In this document: positions 29,031 to 42,371 of the stretch, in pieces | How the letters are laid out: every line of letters starts with the position of its first letter | Numbering within the stretch: the first letter of the stretch is position 1 | Source: Epiperipatus broadwayi | Taxonomy: Eukaryota > Animalia > Onychophora | Direction: 5' to 3' | DNA: 64,000 nt | Assembly (NCBI GenBank): GCA_028023455.1 | Contig: JAQFVV010000005.1 | Span: 18,600,001-18,664,000 of the forward strand | Notes under the pieces: generated by a model | Database searches by the model: none | The model's input: only the letters and a program-made list of their open reading frames with translations | Told to the model about the DNA's origin: nothing | Position numbers and translations under genes: made by a program

Positions 29031-29715
29031 AAAAATTTGTTATTAGTAAATTTAATAACTGGTTTATTTAAATTTTAAGGAATAATTAACTTATATACTT
29101 AATGATATGCATATTTTATTAATATATATAAATTAATTAAATACCATATAAATATATAATCTATTAATATTATTTATTTATACTCTCTATAAAATTTTAT
29201 AAAAACTTATAGCCTTATAAAGAGCAAGAAAGAAACTTCTTGCAAGTTATGTGTTTCTGTCAATAAAACATGATAGCATCAACTGATCATGAGATTAATT
29301 GAAATCACATCAAACATAGTAACTTAGTTTCTGTTTAAATAGACTTATTTGAAATTAATGTTTTTGAATTTTAGCTCTAAAATACATATTCAAATGTTAA
29401 TATATTGAGTCTGATTAAACGGAAACTGAGTTTCTATGTTTGATTTGATTTCAACCAGTATCCTGAGCAGCTGATGACATCACATTCCCTCCAAGAGATT
29501 AATTGATTTTTCATCAAATGGCATAAAGGGCATAAATAATTAATGTTAATAGATCTTCTAAGGCAGTATGTAATTTGCTTATATTGACTGTTTCTTATAT
29601 ATGTAAATAGAGGGGTTTGAACTCAGAATAGAGGATGAATAGACTCAAAAATCCTGTTCAAATCATTCTATAAACATTAATAATTATATATATACATTAT
29701 TTATGATATAGAATC

Positions 29716-30270
29716 AGCTGAGTGAACTTTCAGTGAATTTCATCAGAATCATAGCTCTCACAATTAGATAATAATGTATGCACTTTATTCAAATTAGTTA
29801 TTCCAAATGTTTCACTTATTAGACAATTGGATACTGATTTCTTTTTTATTAATTACATTTTTATTGTTAGTAAGAAAACATGCTTCTCTGTTCTTTTTCT
29901 ATTATCCTGCTCAACACAAACAAGATCTACCAACCATGGATCAAAAATGTGACTGTGTTGCAGTTCATAGTCCAAAATATTGATTTGTATTCAGGGTTGT
30001 TTTTAGCATTACACTGTGCTGATCTAGTAAAGATATTAGCTTTAGATTATCTGTAGTTTACAGCCCTAAGGTATTGGTTACTGCATAGAATTTTATATAC
30101 ATTTGTTGTGCTTCCTCTTATCTTTGGTGTTATTAAGATTTTGAGGAAGGAAGTACAGAAACTAACATTAAATGTTGGTACATGGATGTTTTTTATTTTG
30201 TTAGTCAGATTAGGAATATATAGCATGCTAATCCATGATTTAATTTTGGCTTGTGATTTAAATGGTTGTC
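29716..30270 (-). mobile_element. PLE GIY-YIG remnant ending in an A3:U8-type HHR (29716-29756)
   Basis: LYIPNLTNKIKNIH..., HSHIFDPW..LVCVEQDNRKR. HHR: AGCT-ATGATTC-TGATGAAATTCACT-GAAA-GTTCAC-TC-AGCT (A9>C, weak stem II). Confidence 0.65.
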
Positions 30271-30395
30271 TTATATTTTTATGGAATTGTTTGACAATGT
30301 TATATATATATGATATTAAAAATAAACACTTTTGATATGTATACTAAAAAAAGCTTATTTATTGCCATAAAATGCTCAATTTGTTTATCATAGTA

Positions 30396-30438
30396 TGCAT
30401 GGCATGCTTTCAATTAGCTTGTAATCATAATCATAGCA
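30396..30438 (-). ncRNA. HHR with A3:U8 core, cleavage triplet mutated
   Basis: TGCT-ATGATTA-T-GATTA-CAAGC-TAATT-GAAA-GCATGC-CA-TGCA. Confidence 0.65.
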
Positions 30439-31360
30439 GAAAAACTTAAAGCAAATTATGTAATTTATCAAACTGAAGATTTATAATATCTTAATTATAA
30501 AAATGTAGATAAGATTGATTTACATAATCCACTTTTTAAAAAGGGGATGCAGGACTTTTTCTTATTTATGATGTGCATATTATTAGCAATGTACCAAGCC
30601 TCTTTGACTTTGCATTTCACATTACTTCTTCCAGAACAGACAACAGTAGCCACAGTAAGTTTGAAGGTGTGGCCTTGTTTACTTTCATGCTCTAAAAATA
30701 TAAATCTAACTTCTGTATTAATTTTAGCCCTATTATACTGGTACGTGTTGAGCTACCCTCATTGCAAGATTAGCTCAGGATTCATCAAAGCAAACAGCAT
30801 TACAATTTGTGTTATTGCATGCAATCTTGTTTATGACCTGGGGAAGATGCTCTGGAATAGTTTAACTTTAGTGTTGTTTATTAAGTGGTACAGAATGGAA
30901 GCAGTGTATAAGCTTTCACTGTATGTTTCCAAACAAATTTTGCTTACATTTGGAGTTATGCTGGGTATATAAAAAAGTGATATCCAAGGTTTGTCTTCTG
31001 TTTTGTGAGTCTGTTCTTAATTTTATAGTAGAATATTTTAACTATACTGAACTAATCTAGCAATAAGGACAGCTCAGCGCAGGTACCAGTATAATAGGGC
31101 TAAAATTAATGCAGATGTTATATCTATATTGTTAGAGCAGGAAACTAAACAAGACCACATCTTTGAACCTACTACAGCTAGCATTGTCTGTTCTGAAAGA
31201 AATGATGTAAGATTCAAAGTCAAAGAGGCTTGGTAAATTGCTAATAATATGTACACCATATATAAAAAAGTCATGCATCCCCCTTTCAAAAAAAGTGGAT
31301 TGTAATTAGCATATTATAAACCTTCAATTTGATAAATTATGTAATTTGCTTTAAGTTTTT

Positions 31361-31403
31361 TGCTATGATTATGACTACAAGCTAGTTGAAAGCAAGCTAA
31401 GCA
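31361..31403 (+). ncRNA. HHR with A3:U8 core, all helices intact
   Basis: TGCT-ATGATTA-T-GACTA-CAAGC-TAGTT-GAAA-G-CAAG-C-TA-AGCA. Confidence 0.75.
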
Positions 31404-31619
31404 TATTATGTTAGATGAAATAAGTAACTTATGGTAAAAGAATAAATAAACCTTTCTTAGGACACTCATTGAAAGTGTTTTTTTTTTTAAATTACCATTG
31501 CTATAAGAAAAGCTAGAAAATTATATTGGAATTATATATATATATGTTTTTTTACACTAGTCAAATATGTTTAAAAATACATATATATAAGCAACAAAGA
31601 TTACAAATTATAAAATTAT

Positions 31620-31669
31620 CATAGAAAAGCCTTTTTCGGCAAATTATGTTTTTTGCCCTTTTCAATATG
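31620..31669 (-). ncRNA. HHR with U3:A8 core
   Basis: CATA-TTGAAAA-G-GGCAAA-AAACATAA-TTTGCC-GAAA-AAGGCTTT-TC-TATG. Confidence 0.75.
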
Positions 31670-32065
31670 TCTCCACAATTTAAAGAAAATACAGCAACAT
31701 CTATATCAATACATGAGAGAAGACAGATAAACAAATGGATATCTGACACGATCTATTTTGTGATTTTTTTTTCTTTCTCAATCCTACTACAAAATTACTG
31801 TTATATATATTGAATTGATATATATCCACATATACTGTTATATATATTGAATTGATATATATCCACATATATTAATTAATTAGCTATCCATTCTTTATTT
31901 AATATATGTGGATATATATCAATTCAATATATATAACAGTAATTTTGTAGTAGGATTGAGGAAGAAAAAAATCACATAATAGATCGTGTCAAATATCCAT
32001 TTGTTTATCTGTCTTCTCTCGTGTATTGATATAGATGTTGCTGTATTTTCTTTAAATCATGGAGA

Positions 32066-32114
32066 CATATTGAAAAGGGCAAAAACATAATTTGCCGAAA
32101 AAGGCATTTCTATG
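32066..32114 (+). ncRNA. HHR with U3:A8 core
   Basis: CATA-TTGAAAA-G-GGCAAA-AACATAA-TTTGCC-GAAA-AAGGCATT-TC-TATG. Confidence 0.75.
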
Positions 32115-35100
32115 ATAATTTTATAATTTGTAATCTTTGTTGCTTGCATATATGTATTTTTAAAAATATTTGACTAATTGTATACTTGAAGTGCAACATA
32201 AAAAAAGAATTGTTTTTAATTCTGATTCTTTTTCTGTATATGTTTTTTATACATGTATGCATAAAAATATCCAATCATAACAATTATTTTTCTCATATGC
32301 TTTATGATCTATAGTTTGAATTTGATAAAGTTGGGAATTTTTCTTTTCATCCAAATAAGCCTAGAATTTTTCTTTCAGATGCAGACAGTTATCAAATTAC
32401 AGTAAATGAATATATAATAAAAGAAGGAAATTAGTTAACTGCCAACTCCCCGATATTTGACCAGCTAGGAGTATTTTCTTCCAACCACTTATGATCAGAC
32501 AGATGCTCATAAAACCAAGACCACATGAATGAAAGCTATAATCTTAATCATTCACTTTAAATTTTCAGATGTCCATTACTATTCTAAAGACACTATAAAA
32601 GCTTTTATTACTGATATACTTATATAAAAGTATAGGATTTAAAAACTGACGCTTCTAATAAATTTTCCCTATAACTGCAGCATTTGTATTCAAAAAGTGA
32701 TAAAAGCATACATATTGAATATTTTAAAATAAGAGTATGCTGATAATTTAGATGCAGATATAGTTTAAAAGTTTACACTGTAATCATATGAGTAAAAAAA
32801 TGAAGTAGAAAGCAAAGTCACGAAATAAGCAACAGTTGTTTTGATATTCAGTGACATATAATAAATACTGCTGAACTCGGAATAAGAAAACAGATAAGCA
32901 TCACAAATTGTAAAGTGCAATGAAAAATAAAAAACAACCTGTTGCTTTGGCAATCAGTATCATACAAAAAAAAAATTAAAAAAAAAAACAGATGGGTGTC
33001 AAGACTGTGAGATAATAAAGAGAAAAATATAACCTAAAAATATACATTCATGCTAGATTAATATGGGAAAAAAGCACTGTTGGAGAAGAGATAAACTTTA
33101 TCCTATTATGAACTAATGATGTTATTACTAAATATAATATAGCATTATAATAAATTTAATGTAATACTAATACTATATCTTTAGGGAAAACATTGAAATT
33201 TTAAAATACAATTACGATGCATTTTTCAGTCCTGGGTACATTTAACAAAGATAACAGTTACATTCCTTTTAGGAAAAAATTACATTCAATAAACCAATTC
33301 ATTGAAATATGAAATTACACATTTAGATATTCCATATTCCAAATAGCACTCAACTGAAAACTATAATTTTCTTTTCATCACTGAATGTATGTTATTAATG
33401 AGTCAGGCCTCTTTAATTATACGTTTTCATTACTATGTTCAGTGAAAATGATTAGGATTTAAAACAACAAAATATGCTTCCATGTTATAAAAAATACTAA
33501 TGATAGTATAGGATTTATTTTAGCTTTATTACAAATATAATATGGTGTTTTAATTTTGGATTAAGGTTTGCTTTAGATTTACTGTAGTAGAACCTAACAG
33601 AAATTTGGTTCCTGGCACTCATTTATAGAAACAATGTGTGCTCATTCTCTGGGATCAGTTATGTTCAATAGTGCTCCCCAGCTTACACGTGATTCAATCC
33701 TAAACCTTATTCAATCTTTATTGTTTATGAATTTTTTTATTTATTACAATCCTAATCTTTTTTTTTAGTATTCCTTAAACAGTTAAATTTTATATGTGAA
33801 GGATACGCAGTACCATATATTATCACTGCATATCACCATCTCTGCCAAAATAATGTTATCTGTGAAATCCTGTTGAAAGCAGGATTTGAAGAAAGTGAAA
33901 AATAATATATTTGGTGACATCTAATATAACAATACTTAGTGAAACAATAACATGATCAAATATTATTTCTTAGATTTTACTGAAAACATTTTGAAAAAGC
34001 AGTAGGTGAAAAAAATAATAAGCAAGTTATGTTGTTGTTGTTGTTTTGTTTTTTTTTGAGGGGGGGTGTCCAAAAATAAACAATCAAATGGTTAGTTATT
34101 TGAGATATCTTGATGTTCAGACATCAAAAATGATAGGCAGAGCTACAATACAGGAAACATTAGCTCTAAATCTACCGTTGCATTTAACAGGACAATTCTT
34201 GCAATCTAACAATAGCAGTAAACTAAATGGTAAATGGTAGGGAAATGCATTATTATATAGCTGTGAAACTTATTAAACAAGATTAGAGACGCGAATGAAA
34301 AAATCATTTATTGGAAGTTAGAAAAAACACTAAATAATCTGACTTTACATACGCACCAATTTTAACAAAAAAAAATCAAAAGAAAAAATAGAAAAGAGAA
34401 AATAAAGAAGTCGTTTTTAAGAATCTGGCTAAAATTCTGAACAGATTTTTCAAATATATTAGTTAATCTAGTCAGTTTTCTTGTTTGTTGGTTTGTTTGT
34501 TTTTTTAAAAAAGTATTTTTGCACTAAGCTTTGTAATTAAATATTTTTTTATTTACTATGAAAATAAAAATGACAAGTGAGAAACAGCATCGTATATATA
34601 CCTTTCCAATTAATTATAATTCAGAAAAAATCTACCAGAGGACAGTCAAGAATTATGACAGCCGTAAAGGAACAGTAAAGTATTTTTACTGAGTCATTCC
34701 CACTCATTAGGGAGGGAGTCGCAGATAACGACTGAAATTATGGATGGATAATTTTTCGACTTATAAAAACGAAGAGATGGTCCGGTAACTGTTAATTTAA
34801 TTTTATGTAAATGACGCAATATTTTTATTTAAAACAATCTGCATATTCACAAACGTGATTGATGAGCTTCGTTAAATCCTATTATCCAAAATCAACTATT
34901 ATCCCTTTCATTTATAGTTCCTTTATCAAGACTCAAACTTATGCTTCTAAGCAGAAAACACAGATTTTCATCCACACACACACAAAAAAAAAAAAAACTA
35001 ACATAAATAGAAAAAGAATGTTTATTAACAAAGTAGTTTTATAAATGACTGGCAATTTTAAAAACAATCCAAGAATTGATAATGGAAATATAAAATAATA

Positions 35101-35979
35101 TATATATATTTTTTACATTACAGATAGAAAAAAAAGTAGTGTTTTATATGAAAACTTTTTAAAAAAGTAAACATATAACTTTTTTAAAATTGTAATAAAT
35201 AAAAATGACAGTAACAGTACAAAATCCTGAACACTAACTAAGTAGTAAGAGTAACTAACTGCCTTGAGAAATAAAAGTTTCTAGAGGGATTTCTTATATA
35301 AGGAGAATGATGAGTAGAGGAAAAAGTCTGGGGAATTAAAAGAATGTATTAACTCTTGTTTTGTCTTTGATGTTTGAGTCTCATTGCATGACAGTTTTCC
35401 TTGAACACGAAATAATATATACATCGAAAATGCATTAAGGTTATATTTAATATTTTTTAAATATTTTTCCATAGATGGAGTATTATTATTATTATAACAT
35501 TTAATTTATTGAATACAATTATGGAGTTGTTGTTAAGAATTTAATCCTAAAAACTCGGCTTCTCACTCCTAATTATCATCAGTGCTTGGTTAAGTTTTAC
35601 TAAGAAGGTGACAAGCAATACCATTCATCAAAAATGATCGCTATCTTGTGAGATCCTCTTGACTTGGCCATTATCTTCCTTGAGACAGAAAACATAATTG
35701 TAAATCATTTACAAATTGCCTTTCTTGATATTCAGTCCAATGTTTTAATTGTGGATGTAATGAAAATTAAACAATAAAATTCTATGACATATTTATTAAT
35801 AAACAAGAATCAATACAAAACAAAAGATTAGTCAATAAGTTGTCTTGAAGAGGAAACATAACTATAAACCAAACTGTTAGTTATGTTTTATTATTATCAT
35901 TATTAATAACTGTAATAATAATAATAGTAAATGATCATAGTAGGCAGGAAGAAGGGACATGTCATCTGTTCCAATTTCC

Positions 35980-36250
35980 TATCAATGGAGTATGCTGGAT
36001 ATTTCATTCTTTCTGGGTTTATCATTGATAAAATACTAACTTGGATAGATCTTTCACTTATTTGTAGAATATACTTTCTCTTGTTTGATATAGCTGGTAG
36101 TTAAATATCTTAAGCTCTTATTGGTGGTCAAAACACAATAATAAAGCAATACTAAGATTATAATTCTGTAATGATATTCTATCATTCAACTTATCTATTG
36201 ATACTATATGACAACAATCTCTTTTCATGTTTATCAAATATTTTAATTCA
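35980..36250 (+). mobile_element. Decayed LINE RT-thumb remnant
   Basis: FILSGFIIDKILTWIDLSLICR resembles FLGIIID.KLTW..HI..IC. Confidence 0.35.
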
Positions 36251-36989
36251 TTTTCCTAAAATATATTAACCTTCTATTTTCAAACATATTGAACAAGCAA
36301 ATCAACTTTTACCTTTCTTAATAAACATGTTAATTTGGTAAACAATTCATTATTCAAACTCAGTTTACAACAGTTTTTATCAATGATTGTTCATAACTAA
36401 TAGCACTTGACAGAAGTAATTAACCTATTTTGTATTGCTGTATTTGAAAACTTCATATGATAATACAAAATATATTCTCAGTTTAATTTCTTGTTATTCC
36501 TAACTTCTGTAGAGATTACTATCTACACTACAGCCAATTCAAAAAATGTCATTTATTATATTATTCATGTTAATGACTTAAGTTTTTAAAACATAATTAA
36601 ATTTTATCTTCCTAGACAAATACTCCTGATTATTTAGTAACATTACTTATGAGTTAAAAGTAGATAATTTTGAATTGTTGGTAAAAAAAAAAAAAACTAA
36701 AAGGAAATAACAAAAATTTCTTATGCTTGCATTAAAATATGAAATTGACAGCAATAATTAAAATATTTTATATCACTATGTGAAGCATCCATATTAATTA
36801 AAGTTATTCTATAACCAGAAACTTTTATAAATATCTATTCTATATCATGTATCCAATGATTACAATACTTACATAAGTAGCTTATAAACAGAATGAAGTA
36901 AAGTGAATTAATTAATGAGATCAATATCAGATTAAATATAAGATAGAGAAGTTTTAAATCTATTTTATTTTGATGTATTAGTAACAGAA

Positions 36990-37210
36990 CTGTTCATCTT
37001 TTTTTGGTGACTAATAACATCTTTGAAGTCTGTTCAACATACGAGACTCTAGTAGGAGTCTTGATAATGCTATTCATTGAAAGTCTTGGTACATTAATAA
37101 TATTTTGTTCATCTATTCACTGGGTTAGTTTTAAGACTTTCAGTCTTTTGATGTCTTGTTATAATTCTACTTGATAGATCAACAAGTGCATTGCCAAAAC
37201 TGAGTATTAG
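36990..37210 (-). mobile_element. Decayed L2/CR1-like APE endonuclease remnant
   Basis: FGNALVDL (GDFNIDL-like) and MNSIIKTPTRVS (I..PTRVT-like). Confidence 0.45.
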
Positions 37211-37730
37211 TTTTCAATCCATTAATATTAGTGACAGTATGATTTTTAAAAAATTTCCACCTCAATCCATTAACTAAATTAAGTTTATATCATTTTTATA
37301 ATAATTGTAGTCAAAAAATATATTCTCAAACCCAGACTATGATTATAAACTTATTTGGAAATTGAATCAGAAATTAATTAACAACCTTCTTAAAAATTTT
37401 AATAACAACTATACAAAGCATCATGTTTAATGATTGTGTAATTCACCTGTCACACTTTAAATAAAACTAAGTAAAAGATGACCAATATAAATAAAATTCA
37501 GTTCTATTCTGCTTTGCAGTTGAAAGTAAAAGGTTATCAATATAAATAAGATTCAATTCTATTCTGATTTGTAGTTAGTGATGATCAGGGCTTGCAATAG
37601 CTGATAAAAAGGCTTCTCTTGAAACTGTCTCTATGAATCTTGTATTTATAGTTTACAACTTCCTAATAGAAGTCATTTAAAGGCTCTCGATAATTTTTTT
37701 AAAGAAATTTCTATTACACTTATATAATAC

Positions 37731-38147
37731 ATAGGGTATATGAGCATAGACTTTCACGCCACCCAACCACTCACAACTCTATTTCATATCACTGATACAC
37801 TTGAACACACATATGTCAAAAAGATAAATAATCACCAGCAATCATCAGTTGGTCCAGATTATCATCTCCACACATATATGCAATAAGTGCTCAGATATAT
37901 ATTAAGATAGACAATCTTCATATTTTAATGGACAGGCTTCAATCCACTCCACATTCCAACTCTTCAACCATCCATCCAATTGAAAATCTGATGATGGAAT
38001 GCTCAAAGGCCACCCTGAGGCTGAGATACTTGTCACACCCATGTTGACCTAAAGTCAATCTGACCCTTCATGTATAGGACATAATCCATTTAATACATAT
38101 ACAAAGGATGGGCAGACATCTCTACTATGTAATAACTGAGATACAGG
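37731..38147 (-). mobile_element. Older copy of the 475-bp HHR/LINE-tail unit, HHR internally deleted
   Basis: Colinear with 57537-57970; the junction ATAATCACCAGCAATCATCAG lacks the GAAA half of the HHR. Confidence 0.85.
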
Positions 38148-38958
38148 ACAAAATTATAACAATAAATTTCAAACAGATCCATTAATAAAATCACATCTAA
38201 CATTTAGCTTAGGTATGGAATTAGTTTTTCAGAAATCACATCAACATATCAAGTTAATTGAACTAAAAAACCAAAAGAAAATCCACAAATATAATAATTA
38301 AAAATGGCAGCTGTCTATATGGTTGTCTTGAAATATTCAATATGTAATATCAAGATGCAAGAATATATCTCATATTCAGGGATATAAACAGATCCAATTG
38401 ATTAAAACTATATTTAGTATGTCAGTATCAATAATTAAAACTTGAAGAGAATTAAAAACTTCTCACAGAAATGGTTTACTACATGTCAAAGACTTGTAGT
38501 AAGAAAATGAAGCTGTCGAGAGACTACTGTAAGACACATGTACATCAGATTCATATGTGCTTCTAATGTGTCCACATTGATGACTACTATTAGAAGAAGA
38601 TAAACAGCTCCTCATTGTGAATATCTGTAATGAAGTTGATCTAAATGAATAAAAAAAGCATCAGTATTATAGGTTTTCATATATCACACATATATGTTCA
38701 TCCTAAGATTTTAAATTGCATAAAAATTTTATAACTTCATGTATCTATTCTTTTGAAATATTTTAATGTAATGTACATATATCAATGTCCCTAATGGCAA
38801 GTTAAGCAGATCTAAAAATAGTGCTACACCTATATGATAACATTTACTATTTGTTTATAATGATATGGTATTTCTTATTGTTTTCTTTAAACAAAACTTT
38901 CTAGTGTCTCATATTTACATCTGTTGAATAATCATGAACTTGAGTGAATTCTAATGGT

Positions 38959-39427
38959 AGATCTACATCAAATGATAAGCTTTCTTATTTTATTTAAGTA
39001 TAAATAACATTGTTATATCATTAAAATGCAACTGAAGCTTCTTATATTGTCATTTTGCATCTGAGGTCTCATAAATCATTACATGACTTAAAGTCCCTTA
39101 CATCATTCAAATGCATATCTACATCATGTGATAAGCTTTTGTAGTTTATTTAAATATAAATAATATTGTTATATCATTAAAATGCACCTGAAGCTTCTTA
39201 TATTGTCATTTTGCATCTGAGGTCTCATAAATCATTACATGACTTAAAGCCCCTTACATCATTCAAATGCATATCTATATCATGTGATAAGCTTTCTTAG
39301 TTTATTTAAATATAAATAATATCGTTATATCATTAAAATGCACCTGAAGCTTCTTATATTGTCATTTTGCATCTGAGGTCTCATGCATCATTATGATGCA
39401 TAAAATGCTCCTTACAACATTCAAATG
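38959..39427. repeat. Tandem repeat, 3 x ~156 bp
   Basis: GATAAGC recurs at 38974, 39130 and 39286; units are near-identical. Confidence 0.9.
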
Positions 39428-40030
39428 CTGTCAGCTTTGGCTGTTTATTTTAGATATATGTTTAATATAATTAGAATGCTGTTAATAGAATTTGAAAAAA
39501 AACGTATTGAAAAATATATATTATTTTCCTAGTTTTAAATATTGTTTTTCAAAGAAACTTAAAACTTGAATAAATAAATAAATACTATTTATATTGACAG
39601 TCTTGTAAACATTGAAAGGATTGCGAGCAGACGCTTTTTGACAAATAGTGACACATGGATGCAAAAATAATTTAGTGAAATAATAAGAAAGCAAAGAAAA
39701 TTATCTACTAGAGTTGTGGGGAAGAGGAAAATACTTGGAATTCTCTCTCGTTTTTTAATAAATTTGCATCACCGCTGCATACATGTGTTTCTCTTTCACA
39801 TTCATGCCCATATGAAACTTGAAGCCTTTTGATTTACAGAAAACATTGCTAATCCAGTCTCATGACAGCTTAAGTCGTCGGATATTCTCCGAAATGTTTT
39901 AAAAAATAGTTTTTGCTGGATTTCTAACAGAGAGAGAAACTAATTCTGATCAGAATTGCACTTGATATTTCAGATATATACAATACCTTTATGCACACGT
40001 TAAACATATTGTAAAATGATCATCTCTTAT

Positions 40031-40101
40031 GCGTTGGTGGCCTAGCGGTTAGCATAGCTGCTTTCTAAGTAGCTGGCCCGGGTTCGCTTCCCGATCAACA
40101 C
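40031..40101 (+). pseudogene. tRNA-Gly(TCC)-derived pseudogene
   Basis: GCGTTGGTGGCCTAGCGGTTAGCATAGCTGCTTTCTAAGTAGCTGGCCCGGGTTCGCTTCCCGATCAACAC resembles eukaryotic tRNA-Gly-TCC. Mismatches in acceptor and T stems; anticodon reads TCT. Confidence 0.75.
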
Positions 40102-41299
40102 TTTGACATATATATATAAAAGATCGTCTATTATATATACAGTATATATTTTTGAAAGCATTTATTATTAATAATATTAAATTTAGAAGAAAAGTTATAT
40201 CGTAAGTTCAATACCCAGAGAAATAAACAACACATCATATTTTAATTATATGTGTGCGTGTTTTTTTATGAGTACCACGCTGGAACTTCTTATCAATTCT
40301 CAAGCAATAATCCATTTGTTTATTATTATTATTAGCATATTAGTAATCACCGAATGAACTCCATTATTTTTTGACTTTAGTTTCGAAAAAAATATTGCTC
40401 ATCTCTGCCCACTCCATCAAGAAGTTTTTATAATATCTCTTTTCCCTACATGATCATGTTACATAGGCCTCATAGTCTTGTTCAGTTTAGCGCAGCGTTA
40501 AAATGATAGACTAGCTAAAGATTCCAGGATTGTTTTTCAGCTGAATAATTTAAATAAATAAAAATATTGTTTTAGACTAATTGAATGGAATTACTAAATG
40601 CTCAATTAGCCATTAGAGTATACGAACATCATAATCACTTGCCTTCTTAAGCTACGATTATTACAACCTCGTATTCTGTAGATTAGCTCATCTACCTGAC
40701 ACAGTCACATCTACGTGAAACTTTTTTTTTCTCCAGATAGTGGTGTGTATATATATATATATGATTTGTTGCCAGAAAATAATATTTTCCAGCTGATAAA
40801 TAATTTGAGATATAAGTAAAGTAGACAAAGATGTTTGCTGTATCTTTACAATAAAAATATAATTTGAACAGTTATAAAAAAAATCACCACCCATTACGAT
40901 TAGTGAGATCACAAATATGTAGTTGCTGCAATAACAGCTAGCATGTTGAAATAATGCATGGCTTCTATTAAACCTAGTATTCTACCTTAATGGTTCATTA
41001 CTATTTGCCATCAACAGTTTCCCTGCTCCAAATATGATCATGTCTGACTGCAGTTTGCAAATAACTGGCAATGTGTGTTAATACTAGAGTAATTCCAGAC
41101 AATTAAATTATTGTTCTGGATGTGACTCAGTAACATCTTTCTCATTCTCAAATTAAACCTGTTTCACCTTACTCTAAATAATTGGAGGAACTGATCTAGT
41201 TATTTGAGTTGTATGCTTGCATCAATACTATTTGTTATGTAATAGTTGTTTCATTGGTCACCATAATGTGTTCTGAATTTGAGTATGAAAACTCTAAAG

Positions 41300-41407
41300 T
41301 TTTTTTTTTAAGTATCATAGCATCGGCCAGGACGCGAACCCGCAACCCGGGCAACTGCCTGCAAGTGCAAGGCAGTCGTGCTGACCTCTCGACCACCAAT
41401 GCAAGAC
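41300..41407 (-). mobile_element. Short tRNA-Gly-like SINE/retrocopy with poly(A) and ~19-bp TSD
   Basis: Acceptor GCATTGG/CCGATGC, A- and B-boxes, expanded anticodon hairpin, A10 tail. TSD ATGA(A/G)AACTCTAAAGTTTT at 41285-41303 and 41408-41426. Confidence 0.85.
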
Positions 41408-42183
41408 ATGAGAACTCTAAAGTTTTAGACAAGAATCCACAACAAATAGATTAAACTTTTCAAGGGAGAAGAGCATTATAGACAAAAAATCATCTCCTTA
41501 TTTTGAAAATTTAAAAAAATAATCTAATAACAGCTGATAAGCCTGATGAGTAATATATCTCTAGCTATTTCTGTGAAACGAATGGGGGGAGGGGTAAAGT
41601 AAGATATTTAAATCTGTTTAATTATAATCTATACATATGAGATATGTGAAGCAAATTTGTTGAGTGATTTAATTAGAGAAACAAAAAATGAAAAAAATTG
41701 GACCATGCTGAGAGAGGCCTAATAATGTTAAAAAATAATGATGATATACAAGTAATTGTTATGGACTTTTTCTACTTGTTTTCATCAATTAATCTTCCAC
41801 TATACCGCTGTCCTGTAAGATAGGGACTAGTTTCTATCCATTTTTAATACCGTTTGGAAAGATCAACAAAAAACTGGAAAATATAGTATTGATGTCTTTT
41901 GTAGAAGCTTTGAAGAACAGATAAAAAAAATAAGAGAAGTTTGACTATTTCATTTATTACCATCTCCTCCTTTCTGGATAACAAATGTGAAAACAATGTT
42001 TTTTTTTTTAAAAAAAGTTAAAAAGCCGAAAAACTCTAAAGAAGATTGCTAGAAAGTTGAAACTGTAAGAAAACAATGAAATACATTGTTAATACTGAAG
42101 CTATGAGGGTCATACGAAAGTTAGAACGTATTTAAAATAAAAAAAATTTATAATATTGTTATTGTTTAAAAAAAGTATAATTA

Positions 42184-42371
42184 TAACTGAAACACACAGG
42201 CTTATTATATACCTATGTCTATATATGTAATATATAGGGTATATGAGCACAGACTTTCACATGACCCACCACTCTCCACACTATCTCATAACACTGAACA
42301 CTCAGTGTTATGAGATAGTGTGGAGAGTGGTGGGTCATGTGAAAGTCTGTGCTCATATACCCTATATATTA
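42184..42371. repeat. Fragment of the 475-bp unit forming a perfect 70-bp palindrome (4-nt loop)
   Basis: Arms 42228-42297 and 42302-42371 are exact reverse complements; flanked by AAAGTATA(A/G)TTA, a putative TSD. Confidence 0.95.

Larger units (their letters stand above)
30340..31455. mobile_element. Divergent inverted PLE 3' fragments (arms ~30340-30745 and ~31078-31455)
   Basis: Minus: YIPSITPNVSKI..., IACNNTNCNAVCFDES*ANLAMRVAQH, QYNRAKIN...GHTFKLTVATVVC...KVKEAWYIANN...INKKKSC. The right arm is the same tail on the plus strand. Confidence 0.9.
31558..32177. repeat. Long foldback (arms ~31558-31873 and ~31898-32177), one U3:A8 HHR per arm
   Basis: Near-identical inverted arms; the left arm has an extra ~38-bp tandem duplication. 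Confidence 0.9.

Noticed and set aside
29880-30060. Dystrophin-like ZZ finger on the plus strand, and dystrophin EF-hand reading of 28280-29030
   Set aside because: The minus strand is better explained as PLE GIY-YIG; the EF-hand similarity is weak and full of stops
30547-31289. ORFs 30547-30972 (+) and 31074-31289 (-) resembling paralogous membrane proteins
   Set aside because: They are antisense shadows of the inverted PLE GIY-YIG tails
34744-34784. Possible first exon MDNFSTYKNEEMV|GTAACT in a CpG-rich patch
   Set aside because: Too short, no homology support
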